Origin: Azolla caroliniana | Lineage: Eukaryota; Plantae; Polypodiophyta | Reading direction: 5' to 3' | Length of the DNA: 64,000 bases | Assembly: GCA_043228905.1 (NCBI GenBank) | Contig: JBHGNT010000013.1 | Location: forward strand, 3,038,001 to 3,102,000 | Shown: in pieces, positions 25,331-39,300 of the stretch | Position numbering within the stretch: position 1 is the stretch's first letter | Layout: each line of letters starts with the position of its first letter | Position numbers and translations under genes: made by a program | Notes under the pieces: model-generated | What the model was told of the DNA's origin: nothing | The model's input: only the letters and a program-made list of their open reading frames with translations | The model's database searches: none

Positions 25331-28300
25331 ACATCATGCGTTCATGATCACATGCTCAGCTACATCAGAGAGGCTAAAATGCCAAAGGAGGCATAGGGGA
25401 ACCTCAAAAATATATTCGTGTCAGATGAATACAATTCGTGGACTCAACAACTACACGAAAACTTAAACTCTGTCAAGAGTTGAACAATATCCAACAGAGG
25501 GATATGTCAATCGGTAGTTATACCTTGAAGATCAAGGAGTTGTGTGACTCCATCAGGTCGATCAATGTTAACATTGATGACGATGAAATGGTGCAGATAT
25601 GCCTTGATGGCCTAGCACCCCCGTTCAACGCAATAAGGTCGGTTGTCCTCGCAAGGGAGGATCCTCCCTCCTTTGATCTCTATTCGATGCTACTGATCGA
25701 AGAAAATCACATCCGAACAATAGGCAATGGATCAGATGGACAAATGCTCTACACGAGTTTGGATGGAGGTAGAGAGGCAAGGTCGTGGAAGAAGAGGCCG
25801 ATTTGGCCAAGGCCGACACAACCAAGAACAATCCCGAGAACACAACTTCTACTACCATCAAGACGTTTCAAATGCGCGAGGCGGAGCGTCTGGTAGAAGG
25901 GGGAGCAATCATGACGGACCAAGCCGACAAAACAACTTTGTCCAGTGTAGACACTATGGCAAATTTGGTCGAAGAAAATCACATCCGAACAATAGGCAAT
26001 GGATCAGATGGACAAATGCTCTACACGAGTTTGGATGGAGGTAGAGAGGCAAGGTCGTGGAAGAAGAGGCCGATTTGGTCAAGGCCGACACAACCAAGAA
26101 CAATCCCGAGAACACAACTTCTACTACCATCAAGACGTTTCAAATGCGCGAGGCGGAGCGTCTGGTAGAAGGGGGAGCAATCATGACGGACCAAGCCGAC
26201 AAAACAACTTTGTCCAGTGTAGACACTATGGCAAATTTGGTCGAAGAAAATCACATCCCAACAATAGGCAATGGATCAGATGGACAAATGCTCTACACGA
26301 GTTTGGATGGAGGTAGAGAGGCAAGGTCGTGGAAGAAGAGGCCGATTTGGTCAAGGCCGACACAACCAAGAACAATCCCGAGAACACAACTTCTACTACC
26401 ATCAAGACGTTTCAAATGCGCGAGGCGGAGCGTCTGGTAGAAGGGGGAGCAATCATGACGGACCAAGCCGACAAAACAACTTTGTCCAGTGTAGACACTA
26501 TGGCAAATTTGGCCTCTACGAGACAGAGTGTTGCAAAAAGAAGAGTGAGTCGGTCTTCACAAGTCGACAACTCACCAACTACGCCTCCAACTATGCTTAC
26601 GATGATTGTGGTAGAATGTTTGTAATGAGGCACACAATGAACTCAATATCAACCTCCAACCTGACCAACACCTCCAACTCAGAAGATGTATGGTTTGTCG
26701 ACTCGGATGCATCCAATCACATGACATCTCATAAAGATTGGTTTCGAGAGCTACGGAAGCTCGAATGACCTGGCTATGTAAAAACTAGGGATGACACAAT
26801 TCATCCCATTTAGCACGTCAGTAATGTCCCATTCGGTGAAGAGGGCAACTAGACCTACATCAAGAACGTATTGCATGTTTCGACAACAACGAAGAATCTG
26901 ATCTCGGTCGGTCAGATTGTGGAACAAGGCATGGAAGTTCGGTTCAATGATAGAGGATGCTTCATAGAAAAGGAAGGCCGAATTATCGCTCCCAGTCGAA
27001 GATAATGTCAGATATTCATTCTAGATTCTCATGAAATGAAATCGGCAATGTATGCCAAGGGCCATGGAGCCAACGCCGATATAGAGCTATGGCACAAACA
27101 AAGGGATGCAGTTGAAAGGGGTCGTCATCGGACTCCTGACCTTTACTGAGAAGTAGACTACATGTGTATGCGAAGCCTGCCAATTTGGCAAACATCAACA
27201 ATCATTCCCGAAAGAGAGGAACGTGAGCAAAGGGATCCTGGATGTAATACATTCAGATGTATGGGGACTAGCCCAAACAACAACATTCGGTGGTTTTTGG
27301 TATTATGTGACGTTCATCGACGACTTCTCTAGACACACTTGGATATTCCCTATACGATAGAATAGTGAAGTGTTCTCACACTTCCAGAAATTCAAAAACG
27401 AAGTCGAAAAGGCAACCAGACGTCATGTATGATGCCTTCGATCGAACGGGCAAAGAGTACTTCTCCGGAGCTTTCATAGCATACATTCGAAAAGAAGGAA
27501 TCGAATGGGAGTTTACTTGCTGATACACACCTAAGCTGAACGGAGTAGCTGAACGAAAGAACCGGCATATACTCGAGGTGGCAAGGGCAATGATGAATGA
27601 GAAACATCAGCTGAAATCATACTGGCCTGAATCGACGAACACAATTGTCTATCTAATGAATCGCCGCACAACATCTGGAGTGCACGATATTACCCCCCAC
27701 GAGAGATTCTATGGAAAGAAGCCGGATCTATCCCACGTTAGGATATTCGGCTCGATTGCATACGTACATATTCCCGACGAGAAGCGGTAGAAGCTTGATC
27801 CTAAGTCAAATAAATGTATCCTCGTGGGGTACTCACTCGAGAAAAAGGGGTATAAGTGCTTCAACCCCTCTACCAAGAAGGTAAGAGTGAGTAGGGACGT
27901 TGTATTCGACAAATCGGCTTCCTGGTACACAATCGACTCAACTCCATCCGATCCAATTGAAACCGACTTCGACATAGATTCAAAGAAGGATGATCGAGTA
28001 GGGATTACAACAGAGGAAAGTCCAAACTCAACCAAGAGCCTCCAAGTGACCCAAGTACGTCGCAGCCAAGTCGGAAATTGGACAAAAGGGAAAGCCAAAA
28101 TGCCTGAGTACGAAGACTCAGATGGAAACGAATAGACTCACTTCGAGAGTGAGTATGGTGGATTGGATGTGCCTATCACGAGGACAGTAGGAACCAAGAA
28201 AGTGTTCACAAAGACAAAGTGAACAACTCCGTCGGTCCATCTGAGAGAAGAACATGGTCAGCCGATTCGGCTACAATGACTACATGGCATATCATTATGC

Positions 28301-28540
28301 ATTCATGATGGTGGCGACAATCTGAGAGTCGGAAACTTTTTCCGAAACCGTGAAGGACCCACGATGGGTTGAAGCGATGAATGCAAGCACTCTCCAAAAA
28401 TGAGATGTGGGATCTCGTCCCCTCTTCACCCCATCAAAAGGCAATCAGATGCCGTTGGATATTCAAGTTGAAGCACAATGCCGATGGCACCCTCAATCGG
28501 TATAAGGCCTGGCTTGTCGCGAAAGGGTATGCACAGACAA
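25331..28540 (+). mobile_element. Decayed Copia element C1 (gag, protease, integrase, start of RT); its 3' end is probably at 61340-62234
   Basis: IKELCDSI..DEMVQICL; WFVDSDASNHMT; IHSDVWG; HVRIFGSIAYVHIPD; RWIFKLKHNADGTLNRYKAWLVAKGYAQT, cut at 28540 by an LTR. Confidence 0.9.
25697..26512. repeat. 272-bp tandem triplication within C1 gag
   Basis: tcgaagaaaatcacatcc at 25697, 25969 and 26241. Copies nearly identical. Confidence 0.95.
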
Positions 28541-29169
28541 GTTGTCTCAACTCGGAGATAACACCTTCAATTACTTCTAAGGTAATTGGGTCAAGGGGTC
28601 GTGGTACGTAGTGGTGGACAAGGAACCCGGGATTGCACGGTTAATTGATTACGAAAAAAAACAGTCGACCACAACCAGCCTGGTAAATAGTACTTGAATT
28701 TAAGACAACAAGTCCTAATAACAAAGATAGATGCATGAACAGATTAGACCCACAAAGATAGATACATTAAAAGATTCAGATTCAAAGGTTACACGACTCA
28801 CGATCGGAGTTATATTCTCATATACTCAGATAGATAACAATAATCCTCTCTAGACTAGGGTATCACTCTCCCTCATTCTCCCTCATTCTTGCTAATTCTG
28901 CGCCTTGTTTTATAGCTTCCCTTTCTGCTTTGCGCGCTTCAGTCAATCCTTTCTTCTCGGCCTTCATTGTCAGCTGCACGTATTTCGTTACCTTCCTCAT
29001 TCTCGATTGTCATTTTTCACCTACTTTACCTACTCGTATCCTTAGTTTCGTTTCACATTGTATTCCTTTTGTCCCACGGATAACACCTAGCACACCCGTG
29101 GGACAGTGCCTTTGCACGTCGAACCCCAAAATCGAAATGGAAATGTAAAATTGATAAGTAGTCGTGACA
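28541..29169 (-). repeat. LTR of Tat/OTA-type Gypsy element T1 (probable 3' LTR)
   Basis: The first ~100 bp match 61226-61330, which lies next to a tRNA-Arg-type PBS. TATA gctataaaac on the minus strand near 28910; TG..CA-like ends. The right boundary could extend to about 29184. Confidence 0.7.
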
Positions 29170-29496
29170 GAATTCTGTTGTACACTCAAGGACACAGTGG
29201 CATCTCTCACCACCGGCAAAGCGCCAACCACCTTGCCCGTACACCTGGCAAAGCCGGGCATCGGTCCATTAATGGACTCCCAAAACCCCGCGGTTAAGCT
29301 AGTAATCAAAGGCCGCGATGTTCATAGTTGTATTCTCGATGGGGGTTTGGGTGTTAATGTCATTAGTGAAGCTACATGTCACGACCTCGACATCACCCAA
29401 TGGGAGCCATGTTTGTTTGGGTTCCGAATGGCGAACACTCGTTCTGTTCAACCAATGGGAACCGTACATATCTGAGCCGGCCCTTGAGGAGAACGA

Positions 29497-30584
29497 TGTC
29501 GTAAAGATTTTCGCCAACGGTGTGAAAATTGAATGGAATGTACAAAATCGAGTGTGGTTCTTCACACACAACATAAAACAATAATAGTGAAGATACTATT
29601 TTATACTAGTTTAATATCTTGGTACAAAAAGATGGAGGTCTTCAAGAGCTTTCGAATACATATTACCACAGAAGAAACAGACAACTAAGTGGCAAGTTAT
29701 GTGGGTATGAAGTTTGCGAAGAAGAAGAAGAAAAAAACAGAACTACGAGATATCCCACATAGACAGGATAAATAAGGATCCTAGAGTACATAAGCAAGGC
29801 CGAAATCTATTATTTTGTGTTTATGAGTGGATCATAGAATGTTCAAGGTAACTTGAGCTAAACTAACTAGATGAATGGGTGTTAATTGCCTAACTACTTG
29901 TAAATGTTTTGGCCAACCGGAACTGGACGACGACAGACAGTATTAGATCGAGATCGGATTGAACTGGTTGGGACAGACGAGACCAGATAGACGGATTGGT
30001 CGGTTGATTGCGGTGCATGGTGTTTTGAAGATTTGGTGTAAATACAAGACCAAAAGCCTAGTAGTATTTTGTGTTTTAAAAGGGATGTGAGCAAGGCTTG
30101 AACCTTGCACCTCCAAGTTGAAAGTCAATAGGCTTATCACTAAGCAAAGTCATATCTTCAAAAGATTTTTACTTTGATCATTTTATATGGTTCTCATACA
30201 TGAGAGCTTGAATGAGTGACATGGTTATCATGTAACTCATGTAATACATGAGCGCCAAATGGCAAACATGCATCTCATGCATGTCTTGCACCCTCACAGG
30301 CATCATGTGCATGGGGGCATCTATAAAAGAGTGGATGGAGAGGAAAAAAGGGCTATGTATTAATCAAGAAATTAAGAGTAAGAAAATTCGTTATCCCATT
30401 TTTGTGATGTATTAATCTTCTCTCAAATCTAAAGTCAAGCGTTCTATCTTATCTCAATCTCTCTCTCTTTCAATCTATCTTAAATACTTTCTCGCTAAAG
30501 CTAGTGCAAACTTCGAATCCTTCTGGTCCAGAACCCCGGCGGTTCCACCTCATGATCCACACGTAGTGACGGATCTTCACGACA
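29497..30584 (+). mobile_element. 1.09-kb solo-LTR-like element (copy A) with 12-bp terminal inverted repeats and a tRNA-like module
   Basis: Ends TGTCGTAAAGAT...ATCTTCACGACA; TSD ACGA/ACAA; TATA ctataaaag at 30321; colinear with copy B. Confidence 0.85.
30091..30150 (-). promoter_or_regulatory. tRNA-like module in copy A
   Basis: Minus strand: D-arm GCTT-agtgat-AAGC, variable AGGTG, T-arm GCAAGG-ttcaag-CCTTGC, and TTTT about 10 nt downstream. Confidence 0.6.
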
Positions 30585-30894
30585 ACAAGGATCCACACAA
30601 ACCTGACTCGCAGTCCATCGAAGAATTACGACATGCCCACAACGCGCTTGATCAGGAATTGGCTATCTCTCAGAGAGTCAAAGCGTCCACACTAGAGGAA
30701 ATTAATCTCGGTTCCCCCACCAAGCCACACACCCTTAAAATTGCGAAAGAACTAGCTTCCGAGGAACGGTCAGTCATGGTTGGGTTGTTGACTAATTACC
30801 AAGATGTGTTTGCTTGGTCGTACAACGACATGAAGGGGCTAGATCCCTAATACTACCAACACCAAATTCACCGCCAGTGCGATGCATGACCCGT

Positions 30895-31957
30895 TGTCGT
30901 GAAGATTTTCGGCAATGGTGTGAAAATCACATAAGACGTACGAAATCAAGTGTCAATAATATAAAATAATAATAGTAAATATACTAATTCTAAATAAGTT
31001 TAATATCTTAGTACAAAAGACGAAGATCTTGAATAGATGCACTTTACTACATAAAAAACAGACATCTAAGTGTCAACTTATGTGGGTAAGAAGTTGTGAA
31101 AGAAAAAGAGAAAATTGTGAGATATCCCACATAGATAGGACGAATAAGGCTCTCACCATATATAAGGTAGAGCAAAAGTTATTATTTTTGTGTGGAGCAT
31201 ATAGAGTTCAAGGTAACTTGAACTAAGAGTGGAGGTGGCCTAGCCACTTGTAAAGGTTTTGGCCAACCAAAACGGAACTGAACGGTAACCGGTGATCCGG
31301 TGAGGCGACGACAACCGGTAACTGACGGCCGACGGCCACCAGTAACCGGCGGGATTCGGCGAACCGGCGACTAGATAAATAAATAATTATACATATACAA
31401 GGAGGGCAAATAAGGATTCGAACCTTGCACCTCCAAGTTAGGAGTCAATTGGCTTACCACTAATCTAAGATATTTAGTTAAAATTATATTTCTATCATTG
31501 TACTTTTACATATAAATTCTCATACATGAGAGCTAAAATGAGTGACATAGTTATCATGCACCACATGTAATACATGAGCGCCAAATGGCAAACATGCATT
31601 TTATGCATGTCTTGAACCCTCAAATGCATGAGGGCATCTATAAAAGAGGGAATGAAAAAGATCAATGGGGGGATTCTTTGATAAAAAGAAAGCTTTGTAC
31701 TTTAAATCAAAATTAATATTAAGAAGAAAATTCATTATCCTTTTGATGATATACCTTGTTCTTGAAATCTAAAGTCAAGAGTTCTTAATCTCTCTCTCAA
31801 TCTAAAATCAAGCGTTCTATCTTATCTCAATCTCTCTCTCTTTCAATCTATCTTAATTCCTTTCCCGCTAAAGCTTGTGCAAACTTCGAGTCCTTCCGGT
31901 CCAGAACCCTGGCGGTTCCGCCTCATGATCTGCGCCTAATGACGGATCTTCATGACA
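30895..31957 (+). mobile_element. 1.06-kb solo-LTR-like element (copy B)
   Basis: Ends TGTCGTGAAGAT...ATCTTCATGACA; perfect TSD CCGT (30891-30894, 31958-31961); excision restores P-V-Q-Q-R-R-Y-R-M-N-P of the host pol. Confidence 0.9.
31404..31474 (-). promoter_or_regulatory. tRNA-derived Pol III A/B-box module in copy B
   Basis: A-box TAGATTAGTGG (31467-31457), 32-nt spacer, consensus B-box GGTTCGAATCC (31424-31414). Confidence 0.72.
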
Positions 31958-34900
31958 CCGTGCAACAACGCCGTTACCGAATGAATCCCAATTACGCGGC
32001 TAAAGTAAAGGAGGAAATTGACAAACTCCTCCGAGTAGGGTTCATTCGGCTAATAAAACGGGCAACATGGTTAAGCCCTATCGTCATAGTTTTGAAAAAG
32101 AACGGGCAAATCTGAATTTGCGTTGACTACCGCAAGCTCAACACGACAATTGTTACAGATACCTTTCCTCTTCCGTTCATAGATGGCGTCCTTGACGCAG
32201 TGGGTGGCCATGAATGCTATAGCTTTTTAGACTAGTTCAACGACTATAATCAAATTTGAATGCATCTTGACGACCAAGAGAAAACAACATTTGTCACTAA
32301 ATGGGGTGTGTTCCTGGCAGTCGTGATGATGTTTGGATTAAAGAAATCTCCGGCCACTTTCCAACGAATTATCACCGAAATTTTTGACGATTACATTCCG
32401 GCCTTTATGCAAGTCTTTCTCAATGACTTTGCCATGTATGGCCGAAAGAACGAGCACCTCGGGCACTTACGCCTTTGTCTAGAGCGATGCCGGCAAGCTC
32501 AGCTAAGCCTAAACCCAGCCAAGTGTGCTTTTTGCGTGTCCAGTGGAACCTTACTTGGTCACATTGTCAGTTGCGACAAAATAGCAATGGATCCTAACAA
32601 AGTGCTTGCCATCCTGAATGCTCCAACCCCGATTACAACAACAACCTTCAGCCGGTTTTTGGGTCAAATTAGGTGGCATAGTAGAATGTTGCGTTACTTG
32701 GCCAAGTTGCGACACCGTTACATGTGGTTGTACAAAGGGTTCCATTTCGTTGGACGTCAACCGAAGATGACACATATCACTCCCTTAAGGTAATGCTCTC
32801 ACACGCACCGATGGTGGAACCGCCGGATTGGTCACAACCCTTCCACGTTTTCGTCGACGCATTAGACGTGGCCATTGGGAGTGCCCTCATGTAAAAGACG
32901 CCTCCGAACTAGTATTGCCTAGTCTACTATGCTAGCTGTCGGCTCTCGACAACCGAAAAGAACTACTCCACAACAGAACGGGAGGCACTCGGCATGATCT
33001 ATAGCATCACGAAATTTCGGCACTATTTTCTCGGCCGAAAATTTACATTCCACGTGGATCATTGGACGCTACTCTATCTCGTCAATAAGCAGGCACTAAC
33101 CGGTTGACTGGCACGATGGATGTTGCTTCTCTAAGAATTTGAATTCAACATACAACATCGACCAGGGGTACATCATGCGGTCGCGGATTACTTGACCAGC
33201 TCAAATAGGGGGACCCAACCACAACGGAATACGATGAACTACCCGACACCATCCTTTTCGGGTTAGCCATAGCCACACCATCGGATGATAGCGAGGATGA
33301 TTGGATAAACGAGATGACACACTTCCTCAACACTAGCCTCTCAACTAAAACTTTGACCCTAGATGCCAGAAAATGGTTGGCAGTTTGCAGTCGAAATTTT
33401 TGCCTTTTCGCACACACCTTGTACCACAAAGTCTTGGATGGCATTTGGCGTCGTGCGGTATGCCAATTCGAAGAGGATGCGATCCTATGGGAAGCACATC
33501 ATGAGATTGCCGACGATCACTATGACGGCGATGCCACGACTCCGAAAATATGTGTTGAGCGGCAAGCTCAACTAGAGCCGGATCAGCTGAATAAGCCTGA
33601 GCCGGCAAGCGAGACAGATCGGTAAGCTGTGAGCAACCGAGCCGGCAAGCAACAAAGCCGGTGAGCTGGGGAGCCGGTTTGCCAGATCCAATCAGTAATC
33701 GAAAGCCTAGTACTAGTGTAGACTACTAGGCAATTATAGTCTCGTAGTAAGTGTCAAATGCTCGTGTGAGCATTGAAGTACGCGGTACTTCTGTTAGTCC
33801 CACGAGGACTTGTATAAATAATGCTACTGAGCATAGTTGTAAGTATAGAGTGTTTTTATATATTTTTGAATATAGCTTTGAGGTTCTGCTCTCTCTATCT
33901 CTCCCGTGTACTCTGTGTATTCCCTGCTTTCTCAGTTTTCCAATGCTTCTGCAAGTAATTGTTTACATGGTATCAGAGCGCGAGGGTTGAGAACCTCCTC
34001 TGCAGCCGACAAACGCTTGAAAGCAAACCCTAACAGGTCGTAAAACAACAGACAGAAAAGTAATGGATAGAGGGATGGCTAGCTCACTCCCTGTGGAGAA
34101 ACTTGACAGATCCAACTATGCATCTTGGTCGTATAAGATGCACCAGTACCTGCTTGGGCATGGCTACTGGAGTTTCGTCGAAGGAGCCAACGAAACACCA
34201 CCTGATGCGGCACATAAGGACTTCCCAGTGTGGGAACAATCGACAAGCAGAGTGATGTACTGCTTCACGTCTAGTGTTGGAGACCAGCTGCTGAGCCACA
34301 TCCAAGATGCCAAGACGCCGAAGGGGGCTTGGGGGAACCTGAAGAAGGTTTTCGCCGCGAGCACTACAGCCCGGAAGCTACAACTCCGATAGGAGTTGAG
34401 CAATGTCCGACAGAAGGACATGTCGATGGTGGATTACACGACCCGGATCAAAGAGACTATGACTCGCTTGCCTCTATCAACGTTACTGTAGAGGAAGACG
34501 AGATGGTACAGGTCTGTCTTGGGGGCCTGGCGTCTAAGTTCAGAACATTTCGAACGACAGTGTGTACAAGGGAGAATACGCCGTCATTTTTTGACTTACA
34601 GTCGATGCTCCTTATAGAGGAGAACCACGCCGGTGCGTCAACTAGCGCACCCACTGATAGCCAGATGCTGTACACGGAGGCGGATCGGTCCTGTGGGTGT
34701 GGTGGACGAGGCAGGTCGGCACGCAATGGAGGCGGCCGGCAAGAGCAAGAACGAAGGCACAGAGAACATGCCGACAGCAGTTCCGGGACTCCCATAGGCA
34801 GCGGGAGTCATGGCGACACCGGAAGACGGCAAGAGAAGTCAGCAACGGAATGCTAGTACTGTGGCAAAAAGGGCCACAGAGAAAGCGAGTGCTGGAGAAA

Positions 34901-36323
34901 ACGAGCTGATTCGGACAAACCCGGATCCGGCAAGGCCGACAAGGATGGCCAGCAAAGCTCGCACTACGCGAAGGGATCGGGAGGATCCAAGAACGGTAAC
35001 AGGCCAGCCTTGGTGATGAAGCACGAGGCGAACTCGATGAAGAAGACCACTTCCGAATAAGAGGAAGTGTGGTATGTTGATTCTGGTGTGTCGAACCACA
35101 TGACGAGCCACAAAGAGTGGTTCTCCTTCTTGGAGAAACCGGATCAACCAGGAATAGTCGAAACCAGAGACGACACTCCTCACCCAATCGTGCACGTCGG
35201 AGAAGTCCCTCTGAGCCACGTTGAACAGAAGGGGAAGCTGATGAACGTATTACACGTTCCGACAATCACGAAGAACCTGGTGTCGGTCGGACAGATCGTT
35301 GACCAGGGAATGCAGGTGCGGTTTACGCACCTTGAGTGCTTCATCAAGGAAGAGGGCCAGATTATTGCGCAAGGGCGTAGAGACAAGAGTTTATCCTCGA
35401 CACCAATGACGTTGGCACCGCTTTGTTTGCAAAAGGACAGAAGGTCGAATCGGACATCAACCTGTGGCACAAGCGGATAGGCCACATCAATTACCGGAGG
35501 CTTCAAGACCTGCAAACGAAACAAGTTGTTTTTGGTTTGCCGAAGTTTAGCGGCCGGAAGGCCCAAGTATGTGAAACCTGCCAACTCGGGAAGCAACACC
35601 GGCTTCCATTCCCCACCGAACGTAACCAAATCCGTAACAAGCTTGACCTTATCCATTCGGATGTTTGGGGACCGACACAGAATGTTAGTCTTGGCGGGAG
35701 TCGATATTTCGTCTCCTTCATCGACGACTATATGCGGCACACATGGATCTACCTCATTGAGCGGAAGACTGAAGTCTTCGAGTGTTTCCGGAGTCTCCAA
35801 AGCATGGTGGAACAAGAATCGGAGAGGAAGATCAAATGCTTGCGGTCGGATGGCGGAAAAGAGTACTTTTTCGGCCAATTCAACAGTTATCTGCAACAAA
35901 AGGGAATTCGGCGAGAGTTCAGCTGCAGATACACACCGCAACAGAACGGTGTTGCCAAAAGGAAGAACCGGTCGCTTATTGATGCGGCAAGGGTAATGCT
36001 CGAGGAGAAGAGCATGCCCAAATTCTACTGGGCGGAGGTAGTCCGAACGGCTATCTACATCCAGAACCGGATCGGTGACAAGGTGTCAGCTCACGAGCTA
36101 TATTTCGGGCGGAAGTCGAATTTGAGACACCTTAAGATCTTCGGTAGCATTGCATATGTGCATGTACTGGATATGAAGCGTAGGAAGCTGGATGCAAAAT
36201 CTGAAAAATGCATCCTAGTCGGCTATGCTTAAGAGCAAAAGGGTTATAAGTGTTATAACCCCCGGACAAGGCAGGTCCGAGTTAGTCGAGATGTCGAGTT
36301 TGATGAATCGGCATCGTGGTACT

Positions 36324-39300
36324 TGTTGAGATTCGACCGTTCAATTAACCTCCTCCACTCGGCCACAACCGAGTAATCGCGGATCAATGCAGCAGAAAAT
36401 AGGAACCAAACGAAGAAACAAAACGCGAACACAAGGATTAACGTGGAAAACCCTAAATGGGAAAAAACCACGGGAGTACAAGACTCCAAACCAACACTAT
36501 ACAAACGAAGTATACAATGGCGAGCTGCAAGGCGACGACCTTGAGCTCGCTGTCCTCGCCACAGGCGGCGGAAGTACACAGAGGCGTCGACCTCTTCCTC
36601 TCTCTCTCTCTCGCGATCTATCTCTCTCTCTCTCACGGCTGCTCTCTCTCTTCACTCCTCTAGAGTGGAAAAAACAGAAAAATGAATAGCAACATCAAAA
36701 AATGTTTGCCCTAAGTCATATTTATACATATATGACTTTAGGGCTATTTACAACTATGGCCTCAGGGGTCCTTAGTAGACATATTCACGGATATGTCCCT
36801 GCATTCGGATCTCTCTCCGGGTACATTCGTCATCCGACTCCGAAGTCGGGGTCTTCATCATCCGGTTCCGAAACCGAAACCGGGCTGGTCGGCATTCATC
36901 TCCGATATCCGACCATCCCATCCGAAGGGACCGTAATCCCAACAAACTCCCCCTTCACTTCGGCATGGGATGTCTTCCCAATCCGATCCTCTTCCTGCAT
37001 GCTTCCAGCTTGTCGGGTGTGAGCACCTTGGTCAGCATATCCGACCCATTCTCGTCCGTGTGGATCTTCGTCAGCACGAACTCCTTGTCTTCTATCCTTT
37101 CCCGGATCCAGTGATATCTTCGCTGGATGTGCTTCGTCCGGGAGTGATAGGCCGCGTTCTTCGCAAGGTGGATTGCACTCTGACTGTCGCAGTAGAGTCG
37201 GTACTCCTCCTGCCGGATACCGAGCTCTCTAATGAAGTCCTTCATCCATATTATTTCCTTGCCGGCTTCAACAGCTGCCATGTACTCCGCCTCCGTGGTT
37301 GACAACGCAACCGTCTTCTGCAGCCTCGATTGCCATGAAACAGCTCCCCCTGCATACGTCATCACATACCCTGATGTGGACCGGCTCGTATCTGCATCAG
37401 CCGACATATCCGAATCGGTGAAGCCGTCGAGTTCGGGCTTGCCGGAGCCGAATCGGAGGCACACGTTTGCCGTGCCCTTCAGGTATCGGAGTATCCATTT
37501 CACCGCGTTCCAATGCTCTTTGCCGGGATTGCTCATGTACCGGCTCACCACTCCGACTGCATATCCTATGTCCGGTCGGGTACACACCATAGCGTACATC
37601 AAGCTCCCGACGGCAGAGGCATATGGTACTTTCATCATGTCCTCCTTCTCAGCCTTTGTCTTGGGGCTTTGCTTGCTGGACAGCTTGCAGTTTGCCGGGA
37701 GTGTTGATCCGACCGGTCTTGCTTCCGACATGTTGAACCGGTGAAGCACCTTCGTCACGTACTTCTCCTGTGACAGCCACAGCTGCTTCTTCTTCCGGTC
37801 CCGGATGATGTGCATCCCTAGTATCTGCCTCGCCGGACCCAAGTCCTTCATTGAGAAGGTTCGGTGAAGAGCCTTCTTCAGCATCCGTATCTTGACCTGG
37901 TCCCGTCCGACGATCAACATGTCGTCCACGTACAGGAGGAGTATTAGGAAGTCTCCTCCTTCGAACTTCTTCACAAACACGCAGTGGTCGGACTGCGTTT
38001 TGAGGTACCCTTCGTCGGTCATGAAGGAGTCGAATTTCCGGTACCATTGCCGGGGAGCTTGCTTCAGTCCGTAAAGGCTCTTCTTCAGCCGGCATACCAG
38101 GTGCTCCTTCCCTTTCTTCTCGTATCCTTCCGGTTGCTGCATGTAGATCTCTTCATTTAGGTCACCGTGAAGGAATGCCGTCTTCACGTCCATCTGTTCT
38201 ACCTCGAGGTCCATGCTTGCCGCTATGCTCAGCACCGTCCGGATGGAGGTCATCTTCACTACCGGGGCAAATATCTCGTCGAAGTCGACGCCCTTCTTTT
38301 GCTGAAACCCCTTCACCACGATCCTGGCTTTGTATCTCGGGGGGTTTCCGGCATCTCCCGGTTTCAGCTTAAACACCCACTTGTTTCGAAGTGCCCGCTT
38401 TCCTTTCGGCAACTCCACAAGTTCATATGTGTGGTTCTCATGCAGGGAATCCATCTCATCCTGCATGGCACTCAACCACCTGCGACTCTGGGTGTCATGT
38501 TTTGCCTCTTCAAAGCTCTCCGGCTCCCCCTCGTCGGTTAGCAGCACGTGCTCTGGTTCCGGAAATCTCCGGGGGGCCCTTCTCTCTCTTAGAGGATATC
38601 TCCGTTCAGAAGCTTCGGTAACCGGTTCTTCCGATTCTTCTTCTTCATCCGAATCCAGTTCGGGGTCGGGGCCGGTTCCGGTATCGTTTTCATCTTCTTC
38701 GGCCGGTTCTGTTTCTTCACCGTCTTCGGCCGGATCCTCGAGTGCTAACCGGTCCCTTGCCGGTCGGGACTGTTCCTCGTAGAGTTTATCCTCACCGGTC
38801 GACTTGGAGCTCTTCATCTTCTTCTCCGACTCCCAGTCGGCGAGTGTCTTGTCCTCCATGAAGATGATGTCTCGACTCCTGAATATCTTCTTGTCGACCG
38901 GGTCCCATACTCGGTAGCCGAACTCGTCGTCGCCGTAACCGAGGAATATGCATGGCCGGGTCTTCGGATCTAGCTTTCCTCTCCGGTCCTTTGCCACATG
39001 CACGTATGCGAGACACCCGAACACCTTCAGATGCCGGTAAGATACTTCCCTACCGGTCCACACTCTCTGCGGCGTGTCTCCGTCCAAAGGTACTGAGGGT
39101 GATCTGTTTATCACGTATGTCGCCGTCGACATTGCCTCAGCCCAAAACCCCTTGGGTAATTTCGCATGCGCCAGCATACTCCGGACCCTCTCCATTATGG
39201 TCCGGTTCATCCTCTCGGCCAGCCCGTTCAGTTCCGGCGTCTTCGGCACAGTAAACTCGAGCCGGATTCCCTTCGAGCGACAGTACTCCTGGAACTGTCC

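Larger units (their letters stand above)
29186..33552 (+). mobile_element. Decayed pol (protease, RT, RNase H, integrase start) of a non-chromovirus Gypsy (Tat/Phygy-like), interrupted by two 1.07-kb inserts
   Basis: ILDGGLGVNVI; YQDVFAWSYNDMKGLDP; RMNPNYAAKVKEEIDKL; VDYRKLN; MMFGLKKSPATFQR; FLNDF; YSTTEREALG. Confidence 0.88.

Noticed and set aside
24912-31474. Calling the tRNA-like modules functional tRNA genes
   Set aside because: The acceptor and anticodon stems do not pair and the apparent anticodons differ between copies.
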